Positions 1-12,105 of a stretch of DNA of 47,898 nucleotides are shown piece by piece (the first letter of the stretch is position 1; the number at the start of each line of letters is the position of its first letter). Under the pieces are notes generated by a model, which saw only the letters and a list, made by a program, of their open reading frames with translations, had not been told where the DNA came from and searched no databases. Source of the stretch: Coniocarpon cinnabarinum (lineage: Eukaryota). Where the stretch lies: the NCBI GenBank assembly GCA_051942205.1, contig JAVECO010000173.1, positions 1-47,898 of the forward strand. The letters run 5' to 3'. Both the position numbers and the translations under genes were made by a program.

Positions 1-686
1 CCCCACTCCCTCCTCCTACTCTCCTCAAAGCCCCCCTGCGCAAACCGCTTCAAATCCCCCAGCTCCACCTTCTCCAACGCCTTCTCATGCGTGCTCTCCA
101 AAAACACTCGCGGCACAACGGGATCGTCGTCGCTCTTCCGCGCCTGGAAGGCCTCCAGCCAGCGCGACGCACAGAGGCACCACTTACAGCCGGGCTGCAG
201 CCCGCCCATTGTCCTCAACGGATTCCCTTGCGCTTCGGTGTAGTCGAGGAATTCGGGGGTGAGCTCGGCGGCGACGGCGTGGTTGCCGAAGTCGCCGGGC
301 TGCGGAGATTGCGCTGTCAGTGGATGGTTCGAGAAATTGGGTATTGGGTTGACGAAGAGCGGGCGTGACATACAGGCACTTCGCAATAGCCTGAGCGGGT
401 GAAGCCAGTCAGAGGGCTCGATGAGAGGAACGCTAGAGGTTGTTTGAGGACTGGTGGCGCGTTAGCGAATGTGAGACCTGAGATATACAGACGCCGAAGG
501 TCCCATATATAAGGAGGGCGATGGATGCTCCGTACCATTGAGGCCTTTACCGGCGGCGCCATTCACTGGACTGCCAGACGCCATGACTGGTTCCTGTTCG
601 CGTGGTGTGACGAAAGGGAAGTTGAAGGCTTGGACAGTGGTAATGAATATGACGAGCAGGCCCAGAAGAGTAGCCAGACGTTGCAT
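1..686 (-). CDS. DUF2237 family protein with predicted N-terminal signal peptide (3' end runs off the window)
   Basis: Three exons, introns ~534-451 (GTACGG..GCTAAC..CAG) and ~373-300 (GTATGT..CTGAC..CAG). Spliced product MQRLATLLGLLVIFITTVQA...NVLKQPLAFLSSSPLTGFTRSGYCEVPPGDFGNHAVAAELTPEFLDYTEAQGNPL...GLQPGCKWCLCASRWLEA...PRVFLESTHEKAL carries the DUF2237 motifs TGFxRxGxC, DxGxH, WCLCAxRW and THEKAL. Confidence 0.85.
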
Positions 687-1009
687 AGACGGATATGGCG
701 AGGTGTGTCAAAGTGAGAAGAGGAAAGTCGAGAGCAGAGAAGAGCTGTGTCGCCACAGTCATTGCAGTCGTCTTTGTTCATTGACCACCAAAGACCTGAC
801 GTCATGCATATCGATCTGAGAAAAGACCATTGAGTCGATCGATTTGCGATGATTTTGGGTACGATGAGACGATGTAAATCAGAGAACAAAAGAGATACAA
901 GAGCTTTTACTGAGATTGATATATTAATGCGAAGTCGCCAAAAGCGAATTACCATACTATATAACGCGCAAAGATCCTATGCAAATGTACAGCTGACAGA
1001 TACAAACAT

Positions 1010-2207
1010 CTACTCTGGGCCACGAATCAATATTTTGATCCCTTTTGCCGCCATCGTATCCTTGTAAGCTGTCTCCGCCTCCTCAAAAGGTACGATGCTC
1101 GAAATAAGCGGCTTCACGTCCACCTTCCCAGCGCTCACCAGCTTCACAGCTAGCTCGTAATCTCCCTGTTTGTATCGAAAACTCGTCTTCATGACCGCTT
1201 CCTTAATCAGCATCTGATGTATGGGCCAGCCATTGAACTCGGACTTTCCCATGCCGCCCTGTACATACACGCCGCCATCACCGAGAACCAGCGCAGCTTG
1301 ACGTGCGCACGGTTCCGCCCCCGTCGCCTCAATCGCAACGTTGGCGCCGGCTTCGATGCCGCCCTCCACTTTGATGCGGCGGGCAGCTTCGTAAGGGCTT
1401 TCGGAGGGATTGGGCTTCACCGTGGTAGTAGCAGCGTATGAGGCCGCGAACTCCAGGCGCGCATCGTTCAAATCCACAGCGACGATGCGGCCGGCACCGA
1501 AGGCTTTTGCGACGGTCATGCAGAGGAGTCCGACAGGTCCGGCGCCGAACACCACCACGTCCTGTCCCGGCGTGATTGGGGCCAGGCGCACAATGTGAAC
1601 AGCCACGGCCAGGGGCTCCATGAGTGCGCCCTCTTCCATAGAGACGTGCGAGGGGAGCTTGTAGCAGAAATCCGCCGGCACGGAGTAATATTTCGAGAGT
1701 GTGCCATCGTGCGGTGGAGATGCCGCAAAAATCACCTCCTTACAGAGATTGTATTGACCCTCCTTGCACCTGTTGCATCGTCTGCAAGGTGTTCCAGGCT
1801 CCACAGCGACCTTGTCGCCGGTTTGCAGTGTTGTGACCCTGTTGCCAACGCCCGCAACAACACCAGCAGACTCATGTCCTAACACCATGGGGGCGCGCAG
1901 GTAGAAGTCGCCGACGTGGCCATCGACATAGTAATGGACATCCGAGCCACAGATGCCGGTAGTTTTGACAGCGACGAGCACATCGTGTGGGCCAAGAGTA
2001 GGAATCGGTCGGTTCTCGAAGGTGACTTTGTGCGGCTCTTGGAGGACGAAGGAGGGCTGCCATCGTTAGCAGAGCTCCTCTAAAGCTTCAATCGCCGCGT
2101 AAAAACGCAGTCGCGCTGCAGGATGTGAGGGGCGCAAGCAAGACTGGCGCACGACTCACATTGTCTGATGCGACGTCAGGTACGACTGTCGTGGTCGTCG
2201 TAGACAT
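1010..2207 (-). CDS. Zinc-dependent xylitol/sorbitol dehydrogenase (MDR family, D-xylulose reductase-like)
   Basis: ATG 2207 (MSTTTTTVVPDVASDN), intron 2159-2057, then PSFVLQEPHKVTFENRPIP. Motifs GICGSDVHY, GHESAGVV, structural-zinc CRRCNRCKEGQYNLC and Rossmann GAGPVG; C-terminal KILIRGPE. Confidence 0.9.
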
Positions 2208-3124
2208 TGCTGAGAATTGCTGGAAGGAGCTCTCCCTTGATCGAAAAGCCGTGGGGCTCCGATATGACGTGGAATGGGATTTCGTCAAAGTTTGACGGAC
2301 ATGTGGGACCGCTAATCCACGAGCGATGAAATTTCAAGAGCCTCTATTGTCATCCAAGTCGTGTTCCATTCTCAACAATAGCTTGCCTGCCTGATTGCAA
2401 CTGGAGGGTCTGGGCAGCTCACTTTCTTGCACAACTGCTGGTTTCGGAGGACAATGAGCCGTAGGCAAGCACAGGAGCTAGATGCTACCGTGCTATTCAC
2501 CGAGCGCGCAATCCATGCTGAATGGAGTCTGACCAATGCTGGTCCGCTGGATTGAGTGCCAGTCAATCAATTGCTAAATCTTTCAGTGTCCGCGCAATGG
2601 TTCACTCAACCAGATGAAATTGCAATGGGGTGGTGTGTGAGGAACAGCCATCGTGCAGCGTTTCCTCTCGCCCGGGAAGCTCGATACATTGATTCGATGT
2701 CAGCTAGAGGCAACACACCTCCTACGACAGCATCAAGAGGTTTTTAGCGGATTCTATGGAGGTCTCAGTTGACCAATTCATGTTTGGAGAGTAGGTACGA
2801 ACTGTTACGCGAGGGAGATGGAGGGAGTTCTAAATGTGATGTGATACTGTGATAGGAAGGACCGTATCCTCTTCGCCCGCTGACTTTTGGCTGAAAGTCT
2901 TCGTGGCAGGGTGGTACCGCGAGCAAGAGGCATCGAGGTTTACACAGGTCCGTCAAAATTCCCTCGGTAAGTCACGAGGTGATATTACGACATGAAGGTG
3001 CTTGCTTCCTAGCCCCTGAAAAAGTGTACATCTCTTCATGAATGAAGCAAGATCAATGTGGAAGACCAAGTCATCGTGCCTCGGAAGAAGAGGAAGTGAA
3101 TTGGACGGGCTTCGCCATATGACC

Positions 3125-4195
3125 TCACCAACCGAGTACAGAACCAATGGCTGAAGCCAAGACTGTACCCTCAGCAGCATTCGTGGCCGCGTTAGGATGT
3201 GAGTCGCAGCCCGAGTCCGCTCCTTGCGTCGGCCAGTCGACGAAGTGAGCCTTGTCGCCAATCTGCTCGACAGCGGCCTTGAGAGCATTTGTCTGGGTGG
3301 TCTTTTGCGCGTCAGCTGTCGATGGGTATGAGTCGCTCAGCAACGGCGAGCCGACAAGAAAGTATTCCGCGTCAGGGTAGTGCGTCTGGACGCTCCGGAC
3401 GAAACTGACCATAGCGTTGGTGTACGTCGTAGGGTCGAGAGTCGGACGTCCGGCATATGACTGTCCAGAGGCGTCAAACAGCAGGTAGCTGAAATCGTTG
3501 GTCCCAAGGTTGATAACGACGGCTTGTGGGTTCCATGACGATGGGAAAGGGTAGCTGTTGTCGGGATCGTTTGCACCGTATCGCGTGTAGAGCTCTGGCA
3601 GCAGGGGGCTGGTGTCTGGTGTTGGGGTGACATAGTTGCGTGTTACGCCCTTTCCACTCCACGCGACAACATGATAATCAGCACCCAAGCTGTCAGCTGC
3701 CAGGGCACCATAGGTGAGTGGATTGTCTTCGACAGCGGCCGTGTTGGTGCAGGGATTGACGCCATCGAGCCCGTAACCTACGGTAATAGAGTCGCCAATG
3801 ATCTCAATCTGACGGGTAGGAGCCTCAACGGGGATAATCTCGCCGTTAGTGGTGACAGTGCCGACGAAGATCGAGCCAAAGTTGGCCTCGGAACGTTTGC
3901 GCAAGACGACGCTGTGTGTGCCCTGTGCTAATTGCGGAATGGCAATGGACGTGCCCGATACGCTCGAGATATCTATCGCCGGAGCTCCATCGATGAATAA
4001 GTCGACGCTGTTGGTACCAGTGACAGACGTCAGGCCGATTGAAGCCGTGGTGCCAGTGAAGTTAAAAGCAACGCCGGTCCCAGGCCATGTCAACTCTTTG
4101 GTAGCGGGATTGACTCTGCCGAGTAATCTGACGCCAGCTTGCGCAGAGACAAATGTGAGCAGCGGGGTCAGCAAGGCAATACTTGGAAGCAACAT
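3125..4195 (-). CDS. Secreted SGNH hydrolase, carbohydrate esterase family 2 (acetyl xylan/glucomannan esterase-like)
   Basis: Intronless 356 aa ORF with a signal peptide. N-terminal beta domain (WPGTG, KRSEA), block I IEIIGDSITVGYG, AWSGKG, block III INLGTNDF, C-terminal GCDSHPN. Confidence 0.85.
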   Translation of the reverse strand: MLLPSIALLTPLLTFVSAQAGVRLLGRVNPATKELTWPGTGVAFNFTGTTASIGLTSVTGTNSVDLFIDGAPAIDISSVSGTSIAIPQLAQGTHSVVLRKRSEANFGSIFVGTVTTNGEIIPVEAPTRQIEIIGDSITVGYGLDGVNPCTNTAAVEDNPLTYGALAADSLGADYHVVAWSGKGVTRNYVTPTPDTSPLLPELYTRYGANDPDNSYPFPSSWNPQAVVINLGTNDFSYLLFDASGQSYAGRPTLDPTTYTNAMVSFVRSVQTHYPDAEYFLVGSPLLSDSYPSTADAQKTTQTNALKAAVEQIGDKAHFVDWPTQGADSGCDSHPNAATNAAEGTVLASAIGSVLGW

Positions 4196-4301
4196 TTTGG
4201 AAGACGCTGGGTGAGTATGTCGCCAAAGCCTCGGACACGTGAAAGCTTGAAGATACAGAGCAGCCCTCGTGAAGACATGGAGGTGTCAGTCAAAGCCCAT
4301 A

Positions 4302-4309
4302 TTTATATA
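4302..4309 (-). promoter_or_regulatory. Candidate TATA box of the CE2 gene
   Basis: TATATAAA on the minus strand ~107 nt upstream of ATG 4195. Confidence 0.45.
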
Positions 4310-5128
4310 CATGGTCGAGACGCCGTAGCGCCACCTGCTGCAAAACCAGAGACGCATCGAGTAAGAGAAAGGAGACCAGCAAGCGAAAGATCGGAAGGCG
4401 CCCCCGACTGGAGCGTCAGCCATGAGGTGCTCATCTAGGCGCACGGGATCTAAACCAGATCGCTGTACTCAGACCGGTGGGGAGCGAATCGGATAGCACC
4501 AAGCGCAAGAACATCAAGCCTTGTCCAAGGCGTGATGGATTGCAACCCTGCTTTTGTGGGATAAATACATTGTCATCACTGGGCTTGACAAGCACGGTGA
4601 CATTGTCTACCTCACGTCTGAGATCCGTTCATCCGGGCCGCATTTTGTGTAGAGAGCTGGACAGCAAGTTGATAAGTAGCATGAGGTGATAGCCGACCAG
4701 GTGCCTGATTAGAACGTTTTAGGCAGGCCTTGACAGTAGCGCGCTTGAAAAGTGTATATATTGCATGGGTATAGTCCACAATTTTGTGTGGGGTGAGTTT
4801 GGCAGCTACAGCGTTCCTAATACCAAAGAGGTCATGCGTTCACGTGATCTTGAGCTGCTCGAGCCTCCGTGTCAAGGACTGCAGACAAACCGCTTTAAAG
4901 ACCTACCTGAATTCGGTCTTGCCAGGCCTTTTGCACTGTGCCATGTGTGAACCATTTCACGTACTCAGAGAAACCGATAGTAAGTTGAAGACTCGGAGAA
5001 GAGCATGATCGTAAAGGAGCGACTCTATATGATCATTACTACGACAATTGCAATATACTCCCATTAATTTCAGCACCCCAAGAGCCTTGTCTTCTCTTCC
5101 TTCGTGCCTCTATTCGAGCTTCACGACG

Positions 5129-6346
5129 CTACTTGCCCTGCCGATACTGTGGCCACAAGCTCAACATCCGCTGTTGCTGCCCGGGCGTGAAGCGCGTGTA
5201 ACACGCATCGGTGCTGTAATCCATGTAGTTGTGTATCGGATCTAGGCCCGCCCGTCCTGAACACGTGTTCTTCCACGGACTCGAGGGACAGCCGTCGGTA
5301 CTCTGACTCTCACTCGGCGTGTCCGTCACGAAATCCCCACTGCCGCCACAGCTGTAGCCCTCAAAGGTATGCAGGAGACCGAGCCAGTGTCCCGTCTCGT
5401 GAACCGCCGTGCGGCCCATGTTGTAGCCGTTGATGGGCCCATTCGGCATCGTGCCGAGGGCGATGTTGCAGCCGTCCCGGACGTAGACGGACGGCGAGGG
5501 GTCCGAGCCGACGTTGGTGGGGAGGGTGCACTGGCCGAGGACGCCCCCGGCCATGTCGGACTGGAAGTAGAGGTTCAAGTCGGCGTAGTTGCCCTGACGG
5601 AGGGCGCCTTTCATGGCGAGATCGAGGGAGTCGCTGCCGCCCACAGCCCACTGGTCGTTGGTGGTCCATGACGTGTTTCGTAGCGTGAACGAGATGCCAT
5701 GGGCGTTGTACGCGGAGTTGAGCGCGCCGATCTGCTGTTGGACTTGCGACTGAGTCACCATGCCCTTGTGCGCGGCGGTCGTGACGACGTGGATGTACAC
5801 GTCCACGTGGATCGACTTGACAGGCGGGGGCGTCGTTCCGGTGGTTGTCGACTGCGACGCTGAAGCAGCGGATCCGGCATTGGTCTGGCGCTTGCCGAGA
5901 AGAATGCGGCGAAGGACACGGCGGAAGCGACCACCGAGGCCATTGGCGGAGTTTGGATCGTATTGGCCTCCGTGCGTGGGGTTTTGAGCCACGGCGGTGC
6001 TGGAATTGAACGCGGTACCATTAGGATAGACGCCGTGATGCAGGCCGTGAACAGTGTCAACAAAATGGTCCGAAGCCTTACCAATGTGGGTGCCACAGTC
6101 GAAGTGGACGTAGGATCGTGTCGAGGATGTGCTTGGAGCTGCACGTGTGGGCGTGCCGATGGGAGAGCCTGCATTGAGGAGGTCAGACCGCAATCAAAGA
6201 CAACAGTCTAGGTAAGTCATACCGCTCGGCGCCGTACCAAGGGAGCTACTGCTGGCTTTTGGAGGTTTCGCTACAGCTGCAAGGGCAGATGCGCTGAAAG
6301 CGGCAAGAAGCAAAGCCAAACGAGTAAGTGACGTTGTGGTTTTCAT
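5129..6346 (-). CDS. Secreted M43 (pappalysin/ulilysin-like, MEP1-type) zinc metalloprotease
   Basis: ATG 6346 MKTTTSLTRLALLLAAFSASALA signal peptide; intron ~6222-6170 (GTATGA..CTGAC..CAG). Pro-region CGT, zinc motif HETGHWLGLLHTF, Met-turn NYMDY, FTPGQ. Confidence 0.9.
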
Positions 6347-7245
6347 TTCGATAGGTGTCCTGATCCAGTAACGAGCGTCTTGCTACAATCAGTGTAGGTT
6401 TGCCAAAGGAGTGTTATTTTGCGATCATCGAATGAGCGACTGCCACTACCTCGACAGGTCAAGGTGGCGCACGGCGGAGGGGAATAGGAGGAATCCTGCC
6501 GGGTGAGCTGATGTGCTAGGCCAAACGAGCGATGCTGCCTGCACTGACGAACAACAACAACGGTCCCGGGATCCAACAAGCATGGCTGAAGGCATCCTTT
6601 ATCCCCAGAAATACTTCCATTCATTCTGATCATCTCAAAGGTTTGGCGATGAAAAGAAGTGACAAGAAAGCATGGCCACGTGCTCACGCAGTGTCTCAAG
6701 AGCATCAATAGCCTAGAGCGCTATGATAGGGCTCACAGCGCTTGTTCGTAACGAGCATTTTCCGATGTGTAATGCTGCATGCGGTACATCTAGGTGAGAT
6801 AGGAGACAAAAGACGAAAACAAAGCGGTCGGGGGTCTCATGAAACGTCTTGAGTTGCGTAGGGAAGAATCGATGACAACAAGAAATCCTTCCAGCAGAAC
6901 AAGTCTCATCCTTTTTTCTAATGTGGTTCATGGTTGCGAAAACCCCTTAGGCCGTGCATCTCTACGTCGAGACTGGACAGAAAGGGAGAGCCCGAGATTG
7001 AGTTTGAACCAACGATTTGCAAGAAGCAGCAGATTTACTTATGTCGAACAAAGAGATAACATGCCTTCACACATACCTGTCAACGGCATCTGAGCCGCAT
7101 CATGTCACGTTGCCTCGTGGCCTGTGATCCGCCGGTACGCCCGAACTCGGCATCAACGCCAGGTTTGCATGTCAAGAGAATGCCTAGACGCCTCATAGAT
7201 GCATATACTGGCTATACAATACTTCCATCTGTCATTAGATCATAA

Positions 7246-8700
7246 TTACTTGCGTGCAGTCGTGGGCTTGTCATTGTTCCAGCTGAGGTAGCTGTGGTCA
7301 CCGAGACGTCTTTGGAAGATCAGCAAGACCTGTAGCGAATCTCAATTCGATTTCACGTACCTGGGTTTGATCAGATTGGTGATGGTGAATATAGTTCCCA
7401 AGAGGACGCAAGCACCGGCAACGACCACGTAAGCAATGCCTAAGAAGGAATTCTTGCCTCCCATGACAGTCCTAGTGGATAGAAGGAGCTGTTTCTCCCC
7501 ACCCCAAAGATCAGTGTGATAATCTGGAGAGTGTGAGTGTCTCAAACGGTCGCTCGTCCTTGTAGCATCGGGCTTACTGTCTGTGATGTTGATAACATAG
7601 CGTCCTTGGAGCATCGTCTCATTGTCATTGCGTAACGCCAGCTTGGAAAAGATTGGCAGTCCAGCAACCCTCATCCAATTATGAAAGCTCTCGTCATCTT
7701 TGAGATTTGGTTGAGGTTCAGTATCCGTGTAACCGTTGGGCCAACGTGCGTGCCAATTAGGAGGTGGCAAGATCTGATTGACAGGGTTTCCCGAAGTCTC
7801 ATTGTAAAGATCTCTATCTGTGCCCCAGGCAATTCCTTTATTGGTAAAGTTGTACGTTTGCATTCCTGTGGTAGAATTGGGAGCATTCTGTAGGACTAAG
7901 GGCCCAAAGGTGTCATTGAAATATGAATTTGCGATCAGACCGCAAGGATAATAAAGCAGGTCATGATTGTCTGCTGGCGTCCGCAATGGGTCGCAATCGG
8001 AAAGATCATTGTACCCCTGGCGGTCACCGGCTAGCTGAGGCTGACTGTATGACTTGGTGTATCGGCGGTGATTCTGGTAGAAATTAGTGAGGCGATAATA
8101 AATGTAGATTGGAGGCTGGATCTCGTTTGGAATATAGAAGCTCAGCGAGCATTGTGTAGTGTCATAGGTGACAGGAGATTGGGATCCATGCGGGCTGATC
8201 GTGACGTTGCTGTTCACGTATTGAGGAGGTTGTTGATCAAAGGCGGCTTGGTTCGATTTGAACGAGGAGGAATACCGGTGCGGCGGAATCTCAAACGGCG
8301 TGTCCACCTGTTGGTTGTAACATTGCGAGTAGTCTATGGAAAGCTCTTGCACTTTGGAACTGGTGTACAGAAGGGCGCCGCCGAGGGGCCCGAAGATGAC
8401 ACCAATGCCGATGAGGAGCGGGATCACCGTCTTCGGAGTCAGAATGGGCCTGCGCAAATGATGTTAGGCGCACTCATTTCAAGCGCATGGCTGTTAAATC
8501 GACGTACTGCCAGGCTTTCAGGCGCTGTTGTCGAAAAGCAGTATCTGAGCGGCGTACGATCAGCAAGGGTCCATCGTATCTTTTGGGTGCGAGCGCAGTC
8601 ACTGACTGGGAGGGCGCCGAGTCTTGGGTTTGTGCTTGTCTTTGGGCGTATCAACGCGTTCCATCGAAGCAGTCGGGCTGAGCTGCTGTGTTTGCGACAT
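7246..8700 (-). CDS. CDC50: CDC50/LEM3 family P4-ATPase (lipid flippase) beta subunit
   Basis: ATG 8700; introns 8606-8545, 8507-8450, 7577-7524, 7360-7310. Motifs NTAFRQQRLKAWQPILTP, YYRLTNFYQNHRRY, YPCGLIANS, WMRVAGLPIFSKL, MGGKNSFLGIAY, KPRRLGDHSYLSWN; TAA at 7246. Confidence 0.9.
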
Positions 8701-9089
8701 GGTGTCTCGACAGAATCATGCGTGAGGAAACGCTGCTGCGCTTTCCGTGTAGGAGGTAGGTATGCGTCCGCAGCCGCACTCCGACCCTTTCTAATTGAGG
8801 AACCATTCGTGTAGCCCCAAAAGTAAGGCATTCATCCCGCGCTCAGCAAGTTCAGCCTGCTACATGGCCGGAGACGGGTAGCACTGGTTGAGAAGATTGC
8901 TGATGAAGGGAGTTGAATGGTATTGAAGAGGCCGCAGCGTCTCGCAGTGAGAAAGATGTTATTGCGTATACATGCCGACATGACCCGGATCCATGACACC
9001 GTCCATGCACCACAGGTGACAAGAGCGATACACTCGTCCTCACTCTGCTCGACTGCAACGCGTTCGCAAACGCCATAGCAGTCACCGTC

Positions 9090-11495
9090 TCAGTTGTCAA
9101 CAATTCTCCATGTCTCCAGCCATTTCAAATGCCGCCACTGCTCTGCGTTTCCTACCATGCCGAATGAAATGGCGTTAAAGAGTACGTATAGACCTATTGT
9201 GGCTGCGTACATTACTGAATAGATCCCCCACTTGGCCGTGTTATTCAAGGGTCGTGTAACCCAGTCCAAGTCAAAACCGAGACAAAGAATAGCAAAGTAG
9301 AGGGCGGGATAGTAGTGATGAACATATGTAACGCGTGCCATGGCGACAAACGGCAAATAGTGCAAGAACCAGCCAGCAAGCGGGTAGAGTCCGGCGTAAT
9401 GAATATGATCGATTTCAGGCCACGTGAGCTCGACATAACCTCTTTGCCAACGAATGAGATACCAGCCAGTTAGGGCTATGAGGAACCCAAGAGAGAACGT
9501 TGAGCCCCAATAGACCAGAGGGTTGCCGAGAAGGAAGTACTTGACAATGTGTTCGTCCCAGCCGCACATCCGCAGTCCAACGTTGAGAAGCGGCCATTGC
9601 CATGGCTTTGATGCCAAGTCGTCTTGTTTATCGGGATCAGGCACTAACGCATTGTTCGAGGTCATCATGGCCACGTTGAGATGTACAAAGTCCTTGAAGA
9701 ACGGAGATCTGTATGCAGTCGAGTCCGCGTTCGGCACTAATCACAGTTAGTAGGAGCTATCAGGTCCTCTAAGCCCAATGACACTTACGTCTTTCATTCC
9801 AGTGAGACTCCACATTCCAATGCGTGTACTTGTCTTTCAGATCATTCTGCTTGACGCAGGTGGTCTCGATTTGTTTGAAGCCCCATTGAGGCAAGTTCAC
9901 ATTGCCAGCCCGAAGGTAGCAACCCAGGTCGGGGTGCTTCAGTCGAAAAGCTGTGGTCAGTGTACGGACTTTGGAATAGTCTCGTGACGATGCATCATCA
10001 ACAACTTCCACCTGCCAGTGATCTTTGGAGTCCCCGATCGTCAAGTTGCCATAGCACGAAACTTCGTAGTCGCCTTTGGTGACCGGCGCAGCAATCGCAT
10101 GAGAGTGCAAGTTGCGGCCGGTTTGTGCGTGCAGCAAGCGGATAGTGTCACCGTTGCCAACATAGCGCAGAGGCTTCTCTGGGTCATAGTCATCCTCGAA
10201 TCGATTTGTGTAGAAGAACCAATCATTGTTTGCATCCTTGTGGTGATAGCATGTGATCTGCTGTTGTTTCGATCCTTCTGGAAAGGTCTGAATGTGCGAA
10301 TGGAGCAACCCACCACCGTATCCCATATTTTTCAGCGTCGCACGCGAACCGTAAGCGACATCGAGCGGACTGTCTTTGCCGACGTCGGTGCCTCTCAGAT
10401 TGGCCTGAAAGAGCGAACTCATCTGCGCATCACCTGGACCACTGTTCTCCAAGACCAAGAAGTGCACCCAGAAAGAAAACATGTAGACCAAGACTGGAAT
10501 GACGATGAGGCCGAAGACTCGAAAGCCCACATGAGCTACGAGCTCTCCCACTGGCATCTGTAGATCACCGAATTTGTTCCACAGATCTTCGATCGTGTAT
10601 AGGCCCACGAGCGCCGTGCCAAACATGCCAACCCATTTGACACTGCACACACATCCGATTGAGATTCCGGTCAACATCAACCAGAGGCCCCACTCGGGTG
10701 AGAAAGGATCTTTCCGGTACCGATGAAATTTGGACCAGCAGAGTACAGTTGTGAATGTAAAGAAGAGAAGCATCGAGTCGAGGAGAATGAAGCGAGAGAT
10801 GGTAGTGTAGGAGTTCTCGCAAAGCACCATGAGGGTCACCAGCCAGACGGTCTGCCGACGTAGATTGAGCTCGCGAGCTGTGAAGTATGCTAGAGGCACA
10901 CAGAGAGCACCAAAAGTTGAATTGAACAAGCGCATGAAGGTATAGTTCAGCTCTTCGGGATAAGTCTCCCCAGACTTAAACTCGAAGGAGCCGTTGTACC
11001 CAGCCAAGTAGCCAGACAGACCTACCAGCATCTTGCCAAGTGGAGGATGGACGTCAAAGTAGAACTCGCGCTTGAGATAATGTGAACCGAACTTGCCGAA
11101 GCTTTGAGATTGCTTAGCATTCTCATCCAGTACTGGAAATCTGACAAGAGGATGAACTTACTGTGCCTCGTCCCACGTGACGATATTGGACAAGCCGATT
11201 TTGTACATGCGAGTGAAAAAGGCGAAGAAGGTGAATACAATGGGCGCCAGGACGAACTCGTACTCGTCGAGGAACGCGAGAACGCCAGACGGTGCTTGCT
11301 TCTAGATGTGAGATGAGTGTCCGCCCTTGAGGAGACCTTGATTGATGGCACACGCACCGCGGCCGCCTTCTTGTCCTTGTCGTCCGACTCATCTTGAGGC
11401 GGATATTTGAATTGTCCATTTGTGCCTTCATCTGGTACTCTCCTCCGCAATTCCTCGTTCTGTCGCGACGCGCCGGTCGCGTATGTTTGAGACAT
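9090..11495 (-). CDS. PMT2: Dolichyl-phosphate-mannose:protein O-mannosyltransferase, PMT2 subfamily
   Basis: Four exons. VTWDEAHFGKFGSHYLKREFYFDVHPPLGKML, SRFILLDSML, SGPGDAQMSSLFQA, MIR-domain LLHSH/RNLHSH, LASKPWQWP, RVTYVHHYYPALYF. Confidence 0.93.
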
Positions 11496-11938
11496 TGTAA
11501 ACGTTCTGTGACAAGACCGCGACCACGCGAAACACGCGTTGTGTGAGCCTACACAGAAGGTCTGCAGGCAGCTTGAGCGTAAGAAGCCGTGGAATGAGGG
11601 AAGGAGCGGCAGAGAAATGGAACTGGATGGTTGGCGGTGAGTGAAGAGAGGTCAATGAAAGTAAGAAGTCAGCAAGCGCGCAGCGAGCCCATGGTGAAAC
11701 AGAAGTTGAGCCTGAGTCTCGCACAGGAGAGCAGCGCGGGTGGTGTGCAGAATGAGAATTATTAAACTGATGGAGAGAGAAAGACGGATGGACATGTTGG
11801 ACTGGCCCCTGCGCAATCTGGGTCAGCCTTGCGTCCTGTACCTAACGAGGGCGGGGGCTGCAGTAGTCTCTGCGGCTGACTCTTTCCAATATCTCTTGCC
11901 CACTCAACAACGTAAGGTACTCCTACTGCTATGAGGAC

Positions 11939-11966
11939 ACTCGACACTCGAAACTCGAAACTCGAC
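11939..11966. repeat. Short tandem repeat (ACTCGAM)x4
   Basis: actcgac-actcgaa-actcgaa-actcgac between the sugar porter stop and the PMT2 promoter. Confidence 0.6.
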
Positions 11967-12105
11967 AGCATCTGGTATATGCATAGCTCGAATTCTTCAT
12001 TGCTGTCTATTGGTGTATACATGCATGCTCGCTGCCAGCACTGAACGCCCATATCTCTAGAAATGTCCATGCAATAGTACACTCACTTTCATGCGGCCGT
12101 GGTCA

